Made by a program: the position numbers and the translations under genes. A stretch of DNA of 64,000 bases from an uncultured delta proteobacterium. GTDB taxonomy: Bacteria > Desulfobacterota > Desulfobacteria > Desulfobacterales > SG8-13. Position 1 is the first letter of the stretch. Each line of letters opens with the position of its first letter. Below, one piece after another: positions 41,059-50,921 of this stretch. Location: the NCBI GenBank assembly GCA_963848135.1, contig CAWKCK010000018.1:572938-636937 (forward strand). Reading direction: 5' to 3'. Below the pieces are notes generated by a model, which worked only from the letters and a program-made list of their open reading frames with translations, was not told the origin of the DNA and searched no databases.

Positions 41059-43422
41059 CTAATTGTAAGCATAGCGCACCAAACGGACAAAATTATAATA
41101 CCGTTCACCTCCTTCACCCAAAGGTCCGCCTTCGACTTTTGTGTCGAATCGAACGGCACCGGCGCCATGAAAATCATATCCTGCATTGTCAACCGCCGTT
41201 CCAAAGGCCACATACCAGGCGTAGTAATATTGGGGACTATCCGTACCGAAATAGGCACTCGTGCTCGTCCAGAAGTAGCCGTAATCAGGGCTGTAGTTCG
41301 TCGTCCCAGAGGCGAGCTCGGTGATCTCGAAAAAGTCCGTATTGATAGCAGGGCCTACGTTAGCCGCATCGACGGCACTGGGGGAACGGGTGTAATCGAC
41401 GATGCTCTGGAGTTCTTTGACATTGGGCAGACGCCAATCGTCGTGGTCGGCCAAGGTCGAGCCCTCAGCATATGCTAACGCTTCTTCCCAGTTCATGCCG
41501 CTGCCACTATCTGCCTGTTGCCACATCAGCCCCGTCGCGCGATCAGTAACAGTGCCGTCGCCGTTGTCCACGAAATCATTGACACCGTAGCTATTTCCTC
41601 GAACGGCGCGTAAATAGTTTCCCATGGGACCAGAGGCTCCGGCGGGATAAGCCTTGATATGTCCTGTGCCATGATTCACGCCGAAAGCCGCGGCCGAACC
41701 GCCCTGTACAGTAATGCCGATGTAATAGTCGTCCGCCCAATATTGTTCATCTTTACTGACGCTCAGGCCGGCAATGTCGAAATAGGTCGTATCCAGATAA
41801 GGCCAACCCTGTAGAAAATCACTGATAGAGAACAGTTCTTTCAGGGTGGGCATACGCCAGTCGTCATAGCCAGCCAATTCCAGCGATTCACAATAGTCAA
41901 ACGCCTCTTGCCAGCTGAAGCCGTTATTAACCGGGGTCTGCTGCCACATCAGGCCCGTAACATTGTCTGTTACTGTGTTGTCACCATTGTCGTGGAAGCT
42001 GGGTTGTATTCCGTAAAACTGTGCATCCTGGCCGGCAAACGCTTCACCTGATTCAGGGCAACTGATTTCGTCGCCGTTTTCATCATAACAGGCTGTCTGG
42101 CCGGTATCCGGCAGACCATAGGTGGTGGTGGCTGTATCGCGCACCAGGCGAACATAATTGTAGATGCGAATCGCATCCCCCTGTGGGCCGTTGCCGGTGG
42201 GGTAATCGGCAGGGTCACCCGTTTTGGGATCGCTGCGTTGGGCCCCCGCGCCATGAACATCTCTCCACGTGCCATCCATATAACCCATCGCCCGGCCAAA
42301 GGCGACATAGGCGCCATAGGTGCCGGGGGTAGCGGTCCAGTTGGCGTGGGTGGTGCTGCTCCAGTAGCAGGGATAGTCGGTTTGCCCTGCTTCATTGGTA
42401 ATGGACGTTGCGTTAAACAACGGGTCAATGGCAGCTGATCCGTTCGTTCCGGGGGAACGGGTGTAATCCACTATGCTTTGCAATTCTTTGACATTGGGCA
42501 GGCGCCAGTCGCTGTAGCCAAGGTAGGTGTCGTTGTTTTTTGCTTCAACCCAGGCCAGGGCATCTTCCCATTCAAGGCCACTACCGCTGTCATTTTGAGA
42601 CCACATCAAGCCGGTGGCGCTGTCGGTGATGGTGCTGTCGCCATTGTCCGCAAAGCTGTTTTCACCGTATTCGGTATTGCCACGCACATAGATGACAAAA
42701 AAGGTTTTTTCCAATCCGGAACCGGGCATGGTCAGTCCATAGCCCTTGATGCGCCCATCGGCAAAGTTGACACCAAAAAGAAGGGAACCAGCGCTATTGT
42801 CCACATAAAGGTTACTGGAGGCATACTGGGCGTCAATAATGCGCTCGCCGGCAGCGGTGTCACCGTAGGCAAAGTCAAAGTAGTACGTGTCGATGAAGGG
42901 AATCAGGCCGGAGGTGTCGGTGCCTTCATAACCGCTGGGATCAACACCGCTGAAGTCGATCAACGAGTATAGCTCCTTGATGGTCGGCAGGCGCCAGTCA
43001 GTATATCCGCCCAGGTTGAGCGTGTCTGCCCCGGCGACGGCTTCGTCGTAGGACAGCTTGTCGGCGGCGTCGATGTCGCCGTCTCCGTCGGTATCCGGAC
43101 TCTGCTGCCACATCAGGCCGGTGACGTTGTCGGTAATTGTGCCATCGCCGTTGTCGGTGTAGCTGGGCTGATGACCATTGTGCTGATTATCCTGGCCGTA
43201 AAACGGTTCCCCTTCAGTGGGACATGTAACGAGTTCATTATTGTTATCATAGCAGGCGAATTGGCCCGTATCGACAATGGCATAACCTGAAGCATCGCTA
43301 TAAATGTCGTCACCGTCACTTGAACTGCTATTGCCCGATGAATCGCCGCCGCATCCGGCGATAGTTATCACTGTCAGTAAAATTAGAATCATGCTTGTCG
43401 AAATCTCTACTTTTTTTTTCAT
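41059..43422 (-). CDS. DUF1566 (Lcl C-terminal domain) repeat lipoprotein
   Basis: Lipobox IAGC; four DNGD.T.TD..TGLMW..DWRLP.KEL modules arranged as two tandem halves. Confidence 0.88.
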   Translation of the reverse strand: MKKKVEISTSMILILLTVITIAGCGGDSSGNSSSSDGDDIYSDASGYAIVDTGQFACYDNNNELVTCPTEGEPFYGQDNQHNGHQPSYTDNGDGTITDNVTGLMWQQSPDTDGDGDIDAADKLSYDEAVAGADTLNLGGYTDWRLPTIKELYSLIDFSGVDPSGYEGTDTSGLIPFIDTYYFDFAYGDTAAGERIIDAQYASSNLYVDNSAGSLLFGVNFADGRIKGYGLTMPGSGLEKTFFVIYVRGNTEYGENSFADNGDSTITDSATGLMWSQNDSGSGLEWEDALAWVEAKNNDTYLGYSDWRLPNVKELQSIVDYTRSPGTNGSAAIDPLFNATSITNEAGQTDYPCYWSSTTHANWTATPGTYGAYVAFGRAMGYMDGTWRDVHGAGAQRSDPKTGDPADYPTGNGPQGDAIRIYNYVRLVRDTATTTYGLPDTGQTACYDENGDEISCPESGEAFAGQDAQFYGIQPSFHDNGDNTVTDNVTGLMWQQTPVNNGFSWQEAFDYCESLELAGYDDWRMPTLKELFSISDFLQGWPYLDTTYFDIAGLSVSKDEQYWADDYYIGITVQGGSAAAFGVNHGTGHIKAYPAGASGPMGNYLRAVRGNSYGVNDFVDNGDGTVTDRATGLMWQQADSGSGMNWEEALAYAEGSTLADHDDWRLPNVKELQSIVDYTRSPSAVDAANVGPAINTDFFEITELASGTTNYSPDYGYFWTSTSAYFGTDSPQYYYAWYVAFGTAVDNAGYDFHGAGAVRFDTKVEGGPLGEGGERYYNFVRLVRYAYN

Positions 43423-43524
43423 GGCTTTTTTCCTTTTGACCGGTTGCAAATTACTCAGTTTGATAAGCACAAGCCATCTTAGATGAGTTGTGCTTACCTG
43501 GTTCTCCACTGTGCATTTATCGAA

Positions 43525-43812
43525 TTAGTCGTTAGTGGTGTTCCTACCCCGGCCGTCAGGGGGGTTGTCTGGACGCAGGACCATCCGATCACCTTCCTTC
43601 TCACAGATGCCGGTCACCGTATCCCCGTGCGGGCTCACAAATTCGGCCGCATCCCCTTCAGATTTATCTTCGCAGGCAGTATAGGCTTCCGGAGGCGGTC
43701 CTTGATGTCTTCTGCCTGACCGCTGCGCGGATGCTTCATTCCCAAAAGAATTGAAGACGATAAAGATTGACAACAGAACGATAACGATGGATGTTTTTTT
43801 GGTGACGTTCAT
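43525..43812 (-). CDS. Small periplasmic protein with a GPPPEAYTAC motif
   Basis: Signal peptide; two Cys; divergent from the two-component genes. Confidence 0.7.
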   Translation of the reverse strand: MNVTKKTSIVIVLLSIFIVFNSFGNEASAQRSGRRHQGPPPEAYTACEDKSEGDAAEFVSPHGDTVTGICEKEGDRMVLRPDNPPDGRGRNTTND

Positions 43813-43886
43813 TTTTAGTACTCCTTTTCGCATTGTTGTTGTCGGGAGAGTTCCTACCCGGTTTTGCGCTGAAGATAGTCGACAGA

Positions 43887-43937
43887 TGTAAAGATTTTTT
43901 GTCGTTCCGGGATAAAATTGTAAAGATTTTGTAAAGA
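43887..43937. promoter_or_regulatory. CpxR/OmpR-type direct-repeat operator
   Basis: TGTAAAGA at 43887, 43919 and 43930. Confidence 0.6.
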
Positions 43938-44038
43938 GGATTGATCCCGACGTTGCTGACGGTATAGAACATGGACAATCAATTTGAATTGGAAAGGTTA
44001 GCGTGATCGTGTCGCATCAAGAGATTGAGCCATTTAAT

Positions 44039-44749
44039 ATGAAAATTCTGATTGTGGATGATGATAAAAAACTGTGCCGACTTGTTGCGGATTACTTGGA
44101 ACCGATGGGATACAAGGTTGAGACTGCACACAACGGGTTACAGGGGCTGGAAATGGTCCTTGAGGGTGACTACCACGCGGTTATTTTGGACGTCATGATG
44201 CCGAAGATGGACGGGTTCGAGGTGTTGAAACGGTTGCGGAGGGAATCCAACATACCGGTGCTGATGCTCACAGCAAGAGGTGAGGAAACCGACAGAATCG
44301 TGGGACTCGAGATGGGGGCCGATGACTATCTCCCCAAGACCTTCTCCTCGCGTGAGCTTTTGGCGCGCCTTCGCGCTGTTACTCGTCGACATATCGTATC
44401 CGAACGCCAAGCTGAATCTGCAGCTAAAGATAAGGTCTTGATATTCGGAAATCTGGAAATTGAACAAAACTCCCGAACGGTTCGCCTGGATGCAAAAACG
44501 CTGAATCTGACCCCGATCGAATACGATCTATTGACAAGCTTGGCCCGGTCTGCCGGCCGAATTCTGACACGTGATCAACTTTTGGATGCTGTTGCCGGGC
44601 GAGAATATGAGGTTTTTGACCGCTCGGTGGATGTCCATATTTCCTCGATACGTCGCAAGCTCGGCGAAGATCCCCGCAACCCCAGATTCATTCAAACCAT
44701 TAGGACCGTCGGATATATGTTCAATGGACCGGAGGATCTGGAATTATGA
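44039..44749 (+). CDS. OmpR-family response regulator (CpxR-like)
   Basis: ILIVDDD, LDVMMP, GADDYLPK and DRSVDVHIS motifs. Confidence 0.93.
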   Translation: MKILIVDDDKKLCRLVADYLEPMGYKVETAHNGLQGLEMVLEGDYHAVILDVMMPKMDGFEVLKRLRRESNIPVLMLTARGEETDRIVGLEMGADDYLPKTFSSRELLARLRAVTRRHIVSERQAESAAKDKVLIFGNLEIEQNSRTVRLDAKTLNLTPIEYDLLTSLARSAGRILTRDQLLDAVAGREYEVFDRSVDVHISSIRRKLGEDPRNPRFIQTIRTVGYMFNGPEDLEL

Positions 44750-46260
44750 GTCCGGTTTCATCCTTATTCACTAAGATTCTGTCTTGGTTCTTCTTGAACA
44801 TGATTTTGGTGGCTGCAGCCCTGGCAATCTTCTTTGCCTTTCAGCCGCAACTAAGTCTGTATGCGATATTCGACCAACAAGGAACAGATCGACTGCGAAC
44901 CACCGGTTTGTTGATTGTCCATGACCTGGGCCAGGTACCGAGAGACAAATGGGCCGATGGTCTGGCAAGGCATGCAGCCATCCACCGGGTGGATTTCACG
45001 CTTGTGCTCGAAGACGGATCTCGCTTTTCGTCAACAGATGGCGAACTTCCCGAACCGGTAATGACACAGGTCAGGGATGCTTTGCGACGCAGACCGCCGA
45101 AGGGCCCATTTCCACCGGCCCATGAGTTCGGCAAGCCTCAACGGTTGTCGCCAAACCTCACTGACGGAGGGCCGCCGAACAATCGGGCCATCGGAAGAAA
45201 GCCGCCCAGGCCACCCGAGGGGTATGATGGCAAACCGCATTTTATGATGCGGACGCGGCGTCCAACCCGATACTGGTCCGGGCTTCGTATCCCGCTGCCC
45301 CCTGGCCCCATGCAACCTCCTGCTGCTGCCATTTTGTTGGCTGAATCGGATTCCCTGACAGGCAACGGATTTTTTTTCGATCCACTTCCATGGATGGTCG
45401 TCGCCGCGCTGGCGATTCTGATTTCGGCGCTGTTCTGGATTCCAATGGTTAGAAACATTACACGGCCGCTTGCCCGCATGACCAGTGCAACAGAAGAAAT
45501 CGCCAATGGACGATTTGATATGTCCATCCATGAACCGCGGACAGATGAGATTGGCCGTCTGGCAAAAGCAATCAACCATATGACCGCACGGTTGTCGGTT
45601 TTCGTAAAGGGCCAAAAACGATTTCTGGGAGATGTGGCCCACGAGTTGGGTTCTCCTATAGCCCGGATTCAGTTTGGACTTGGCGCTTTAGAACAGCGTA
45701 TTGGGAGGGAAAACCGGCAGCGGGTGATCGATGTCATTGAAGATGTTGACCACATGTCCAAACTGGTTGACGAACTGCTCGCCTTTTCACGGGCCGAGAT
45801 GACATCGAAAGCCGTCATACTGGAAAGCATCGACCTGCTTGCTGTCGTTCAAACGGCAGTTAAACGGGAGATTTCACCTGAGGCCAAGATTGTCGTCCGA
45901 ATAAAACCAGGGATGCGTGTTGTCGCATCTTCGGAACTTCTGACGCGTGCACTTGCCAATCTGCTGAGAAATGCCGTCAAATACGCCGCAGGTGCCGGCC
46001 CGATCGATGTAACCGCCCAAAAAAGAGACGGCGGAGTTGAAATTGAAGTCCGAGATGCGGGCTCCGGTGTTCCCGAAGATCTCCTTGATCAGCTTTTTGA
46101 ACCTTTCTTTCGCCCCGAAGCTTCGCGGGATAGGGATTCCGGGGGTGTGGGCCTCGGGCTGGCTATCGTGAAAACATGTGTGGAAACGTGCAAAGGAACT
46201 GTCTCAGCTGCCAATCTCAAACCCAAAGGGTTTGCAGTTACTATCACTTTAGGTTCCTAA
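44746..46260 (+). CDS. HAMP sensor histidine kinase (CpxA-like)
   Basis: 2 TM helices; HAMP; HELGSP; NLLRNA; GLGLA. Confidence 0.93.
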   Translation: MSPVSSLFTKILSWFFLNMILVAAALAIFFAFQPQLSLYAIFDQQGTDRLRTTGLLIVHDLGQVPRDKWADGLARHAAIHRVDFTLVLEDGSRFSSTDGELPEPVMTQVRDALRRRPPKGPFPPAHEFGKPQRLSPNLTDGGPPNNRAIGRKPPRPPEGYDGKPHFMMRTRRPTRYWSGLRIPLPPGPMQPPAAAILLAESDSLTGNGFFFDPLPWMVVAALAILISALFWIPMVRNITRPLARMTSATEEIANGRFDMSIHEPRTDEIGRLAKAINHMTARLSVFVKGQKRFLGDVAHELGSPIARIQFGLGALEQRIGRENRQRVIDVIEDVDHMSKLVDELLAFSRAEMTSKAVILESIDLLAVVQTAVKREISPEAKIVVRIKPGMRVVASSELLTRALANLLRNAVKYAAGAGPIDVTAQKRDGGVEIEVRDAGSGVPEDLLDQLFEPFFRPEASRDRDSGGVGLGLAIVKTCVETCKGTVSAANLKPKGFAVTITLGS

Positions 46261-46716
46261 TTTTCATTTCTCGCCTCCCCGTCAAGAATTACAAACTGCT
46301 ACCGTTTCAACAAGCGACTGGAGTAGGAAAAAATACCATCATGTGCCGGCGACCTTTCTTTTTGTGTTGGGATCATATGTGTATCCCAATGGAAATTCGG
46401 CTATCTGAAGTTGTAAATAGATGATTGGTTTGTATGAAACATGTATTTTTTATGCGCAGCGAATCGTTGGTACACCTTGCTACTTTTTGGATTGAAAGAC
46501 CAGTCTGCAATACCCAAGATATTGTGGTCAGCCGAGATTCTGCGAAACTTGTGATATCATATCAATACCTTGATATAACAAATGACCCTGGTGAACTGTG
46601 TTACAATGAGATTATCCCAACTCTACTAAAATTCTGATAGGATTATTGGCAACTGTCAACTAAAGTAAATCTCAGTTTTGATATTTGTAATATCAACTCG
46701 ATCCACCGGCACTTAG

Positions 46717-46745
46717 GGCAGGACCGGTTATGGTCCTGCCTTTCT
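46717..46745. terminator. Hairpin terminator
   Basis: ggcaggacc-ggttat-ggtcctgcc. Confidence 0.55.
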
Positions 46746-46748
46746 CAC

Positions 46749-46928
46749 TCAACTTTTATCATCTACCTCAGCTTCAGGAGTATTCTTCTTGATGGACTCG
46801 ATGGCTTTCAGCGCTGACAGTTTCTGTTTGTAGCCTTCTCCTGAAAACATAGCTTCGCCATTGGGAGCCTTAAAACGGAACCTGAACTCACCCTTCTTGT
46901 CCTTGTAAACCTCAAACTTGTACGCCAT
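46749..46928 (-). CDS. YegP/DUF1508 family protein (59 aa, not in the ORF track)
   Basis: MAYKFEVYKDKKGEFRFRFKAPNGEAMFSGEGY..IESIKKN; AGGAGG RBS. Confidence 0.85.
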   Translation of the reverse strand: MAYKFEVYKDKKGEFRFRFKAPNGEAMFSGEGYKQKLSALKAIESIKKNTPEAEVDDKS

Positions 46929-46952
46929 TCTGGCCTCCTTTCATTGTAGCGG

Positions 46953-47375
46953 TTATTGGTTCATCCTTCTCCATTCCCTTGGGCTGATATACTTGTCTCC
47001 GAGTGACCACATCCCCCTACCGGCCTTTCGGGCCTCGTCCTCAGCCTCCTGATATGGCTCATTGTTAAACCCTTTTGCTGGCCTCCCTCTGTATACCTCT
47101 GCCAAACCGGCTTTTACCATCTCAAGGTTTACGCTCTGGTCGTTAGCGTATACGACTCCAAGGGTCCTTCCGTATCGATCCTCGCCATAGGAGACAATAT
47201 CGACATGCCTGTCCAGAACGAGGTTGGCCAGGTACTTCGTGGATTTCTGGCTGAAGGGCTGTCCGGGTTTGTGTTTGCCTCTGGATTTTTCAGGTGCATC
47301 AATTCCAACCAGTTGGATGGTGAACTTTTGGCCATCGGTTATGACGGTAATGGTATCACCATCAGTGACCCGGGT
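46953..47375 (-). pseudogene. Thermonuclease (SNase-like), 5'-truncated
   Basis: VTDGDT, GIDAPE, DRYGR, AGLA and RGMW motifs; native start replaced by recombinase sequence. Confidence 0.8.
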
Positions 47376-48924
47376 GAGCACCGGCAAGCAAGCGGAGAAG
47401 GACTTGTCCATACCAGATCAGATCCATCAGATGAAAAAGTGGTGAAAGGAACGCGGATACCGGGTTGTCAGTGAGTTTGTAGAGCCGGGCGCCTCGGGCC
47501 GTGATGAGAACCGGCCGGTATTCCGGGAGATGGTGGCCCGGGCTATAGGTCGTGACCGGCCCTTTGATTTGATTGTCACTCTCACCACCAGCCGGTTCTT
47601 TCGCGATGCCACCGGCGCCAGGATCTGGAAACGAAAGCTCGGCAAAGCCGGAGTACGAGTGATGGCGATGCATCTACAGGTTGCCGATGATCCCATGGGA
47701 ACGTTTGTGGAGGGAGTCTTCGAATTGATCGATCAGTATGAAAGCGACATCAACGGATTCCATACACTGCGAGCTTTGAAGGAAAATGCTCGCCAAGGCT
47801 ATTAAAACGGTTCAAAACCAAAATTCGGTTTCAAAACGGTAAAGGAGAATGGGTAAGGAACGGACCAAATCACGACTATCCGTCGACCCTGTCGAAGCCG
47901 GGATCGTAAAACGAATATATGCTAAATATGCGGCCGGTGCCGGGGCAAAGTCTATCGCCAATGAACTTAATCAGGAAGGCTACCTGCGTCGGGGCCGTCT
48001 GTGGACGAAAAACAATATCCTTACCATCATCGGTGATGAATCCTATGTGGGTCGATACTACTTTAACAAAACCAGTGGGCGTGAAAAGAAGCCGAACCCG
48101 AAATCTGAATAGATACTCATCCCCTTGCAGCCGATTATAGATGAGTCCACCTGGAACCGGGCAAATCTCTGAAGGAGAGTCGCAATCCGATCACGGCCCG
48201 GGTCAATCCCTCGGCCACAACCTCAAAAACCCTTCTTACCGGTATAGCCAAGTGCGGCCTGTGCGGGGCCAGCTTCGCTCTTGAAACCGCTAAAAGTGGC
48301 AGGTACACCTATTACAACTGTGCCAATTATTTCCGCAAAGGCAAAGCCACCTGCCCGGACCAGCGCATTGCCGCCAACAAGCTGGAAACGGCCGTCATTG
48401 GCCACCTAACTGCCCGACTGTTCTCCAAGGACCGGCTCAAGAAGCTCCTTGAAGGCGTTTACAAACAAGTTGGACAAGCAAACAACCGGGCCGATGCAAG
48501 CCACAATCGGTTTATTGGACAACTCAATGATGTATAGCACCGGCTGCCCCGACAATACGAGGCCATCGAATCGGGTGAGTTGGAGATTGAACTTGTGGCC
48601 GAACGGATCCGGGAGCTGAAGAACAAAAAGGACACGCTCGAGAGTTCCATCGACCGCTTGAGCCGAACGAAGCCCCCTCCCCCGCATCTATTCCGGGACG
48701 AAACAATCGAGCAGTTTCAAGAAATTGTAGACGGCACGTTCCGCAATGGGTCCAACCGCCGGACAGTGAAGCGCTATCTGCGCTTGTTCATAGAGAGGAT
48801 CACGATCCGGCAGCCAGTGGTGGAAATTGAGGCGAACACGAAGGGTATTTTGGCGACCATACAAAATAAAAAAGCTGTAAGAGCCGAAGTTCTTACAGCA
48901 AGTATTCCTTGGCTCCTCGGGTAG
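47371..48924 (+). pseudogene. Large serine recombinase (copy 2) with several stops and frameshifts
   Basis: RVSTGKQ..SIPDQ, SRFFRD, recombinase domain and zinc ribbon; reads into the tRNA 3' end. Confidence 0.88.
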
Positions 48925-48985
48925 GACTCGAACCTACAACCTAGTGGTTAACAGCCACCCGCTCTGCCTATTGAGCTACCGAGGA
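48910..48985 (-). tRNA. tRNA-Asn (GTT)
   Basis: TCCTCGG..CTGTTAA..GTTCGAGT..CCGAGGAGCCA, a 76-nt cloverleaf. Confidence 0.97.
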
Positions 48986-49080
48986 TCAGGGTATGTACCT
49001 AAATCATAAGGTATGATTTTTTAGTCGACTCGTGTGGGATTGTCAACCCCAAATTGACGCCTGGGTCTTCCACGAACCGC

Positions 49081-50865
49081 CTATTCTACCAACCGCAGTT
49101 TGATCGAGAGTTCGTCCAATTGGGGTTTGGCGGCCGCTGATGGCGCCCCTGTCAGCAGGCAGGAAGCCTTTTGTGTTTTGGGGAAGGCAATAACATCACG
49201 AATGGAACTCTGCCCGCACAGCAGCATGACCAGGCGGTCGAATCCGAAGGCGATGCCGCCGTGGGGCGGGGCGCCGGAGTCAAGAGCCGAGAGAAGGAAA
49301 CCAAACTTTTCCCGGTATTCCCCCGGTGCCATACCCAAGGCGCTGAACACCTTCTCCTGCAAATCGACCCGGTGAATACGGATGCTGCCGCCACCGATTT
49401 CAGAACCGTTCAGAACAAGATCGTACGCCCGGGAACGGACGGCCAGCGGATCATGGGAAAGAAGATCGTAATCCTCCTCCAACGGAGCCGTGAAGGGGTG
49501 GTGCAACGCCTGGTAGCGTTTTTCATTTTCATCGTATTCCATCAATGGAAACTGGGTCACCCACACAAAGTTAAAGGCGCTCTCATCGATGAGGTCGAGC
49601 TTCTTGCCTAAATAATTGCGTAAATGCCCGAGCGCCTCGTTGGTCACTTTCGGTTGATCGGCAACGAAAAAAACCAGGTCTCCCGGCTGCATGTCGATGC
49701 AACGTGCGAGGTCATCTTTTTCTGATTCGCTAAAAAACTTGGCGATGGGGGACTGCCACTCTTTGTCCCTGACCTTGATCCACGCAAGCCCTTTGGCCCG
49801 ATAGACGGAAACAAACGCGGTAAGATCGTCGATATCCTTACGCGACATATCGACGCAGCCCTTGGCATTCAGGGCTTTAACAATGCCGCCCTTTTTAACC
49901 ACATTCGCAAACACCTTGAAGTTGGAGTTTACGACAATATCGGAAACATCCTTCAATTCCAGGCCGAAACGGGTGTCGGGCTTGTCGAGTCCATAGCGTC
50001 CAACGGCCTCAGCATATGACAGGCGCGGAAAAGGTGTATCAAGTTTGAGGCCAAGAACATCCTGGAAAAGCGTGGCCGTCATTTCCTCGGCAACGCCCAT
50101 CACGTCCTCTTCGCCCACAAAGGACATTTCCAGGTCGATCTGGGTAAACTCCGGTTGGCGGTCCGCCCGCAGATCCTCGTCCCTGAAACAGCGCACGATT
50201 TGATAGTAACGGTCGAATCCTGCAATCATCAGCAATTGCTTAAACAGCTGCGGTGACTGGGGTAACGCATAGAACTGACCCGGATTGACCCGGCTGGGCA
50301 CGAGGTAGTCCCGCGCACCTTCGGGAGTACTGCGTGTCAGGAATGGGGTTTCGATATCCAGGAACCCGTTGTCGTTCAAATAAGCGCGCACGGATACTGC
50401 TGCCTGATGACGGGTGAGGATATTGCGTTGCATGAGTGGACGTCTTAAGTCCTGGTGTCGGCTTCCCAGGCGCACTGTTTCGGTGACCTCTATATCGTCT
50501 TCGATCAAAAATGGCGAGGTCTGCGCCTTGTTGAGGATCTTCAACTCTGTAACCAAAACTTCGATCGCACCGGTTTTCAGTTTGGGGTTCACCATCCCTT
50601 CCGGACGATTGTCCACTGTCCCACGGACCGCCAGAACGAACTCATTCCTGATAACATGCGCTTTTGCATGCACCGCCTCAGCCACATCAGGGTTGAAAAC
50701 CACCTGGGTGATCCCATACCGATCCCTCAGGTCGACGAAAATAACGCCGCCGTGGTCTCTCCGGCGCTGCACCCAACCCATGAGAACAACTTCTTTTCCG
50801 ACGTCGTCGCGCCCCAGTTCGCAACATGAATGGGTTCTGCGCATGTTTCCGAGTTTGTCAGCCAA
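49081..50865 (-). CDS. aspS: Aspartate-tRNA ligase (probably non-discriminating)
   Basis: [30 protein letters not shown] and [12 protein letters not shown] motifs. Confidence 0.97.
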   Translation of the reverse strand: MADKLGNMRRTHSCCELGRDDVGKEVVLMGWVQRRRDHGGVIFVDLRDRYGITQVVFNPDVAEAVHAKAHVIRNEFVLAVRGTVDNRPEGMVNPKLKTGAIEVLVTELKILNKAQTSPFLIEDDIEVTETVRLGSRHQDLRRPLMQRNILTRHQAAVSVRAYLNDNGFLDIETPFLTRSTPEGARDYLVPSRVNPGQFYALPQSPQLFKQLLMIAGFDRYYQIVRCFRDEDLRADRQPEFTQIDLEMSFVGEEDVMGVAEEMTATLFQDVLGLKLDTPFPRLSYAEAVGRYGLDKPDTRFGLELKDVSDIVVNSNFKVFANVVKKGGIVKALNAKGCVDMSRKDIDDLTAFVSVYRAKGLAWIKVRDKEWQSPIAKFFSESEKDDLARCIDMQPGDLVFFVADQPKVTNEALGHLRNYLGKKLDLIDESAFNFVWVTQFPLMEYDENEKRYQALHHPFTAPLEEDYDLLSHDPLAVRSRAYDLVLNGSEIGGGSIRIHRVDLQEKVFSALGMAPGEYREKFGFLLSALDSGAPPHGGIAFGFDRLVMLLCGQSSIRDVIAFPKTQKASCLLTGAPSAAAKPQLDELSIKLRLVE

Positions 50866-50921
50866 CGATTGCCACTCCTTTCAACGGTCATTCACCGCAT
50901 CGCATTCAGATTGGATAAATG

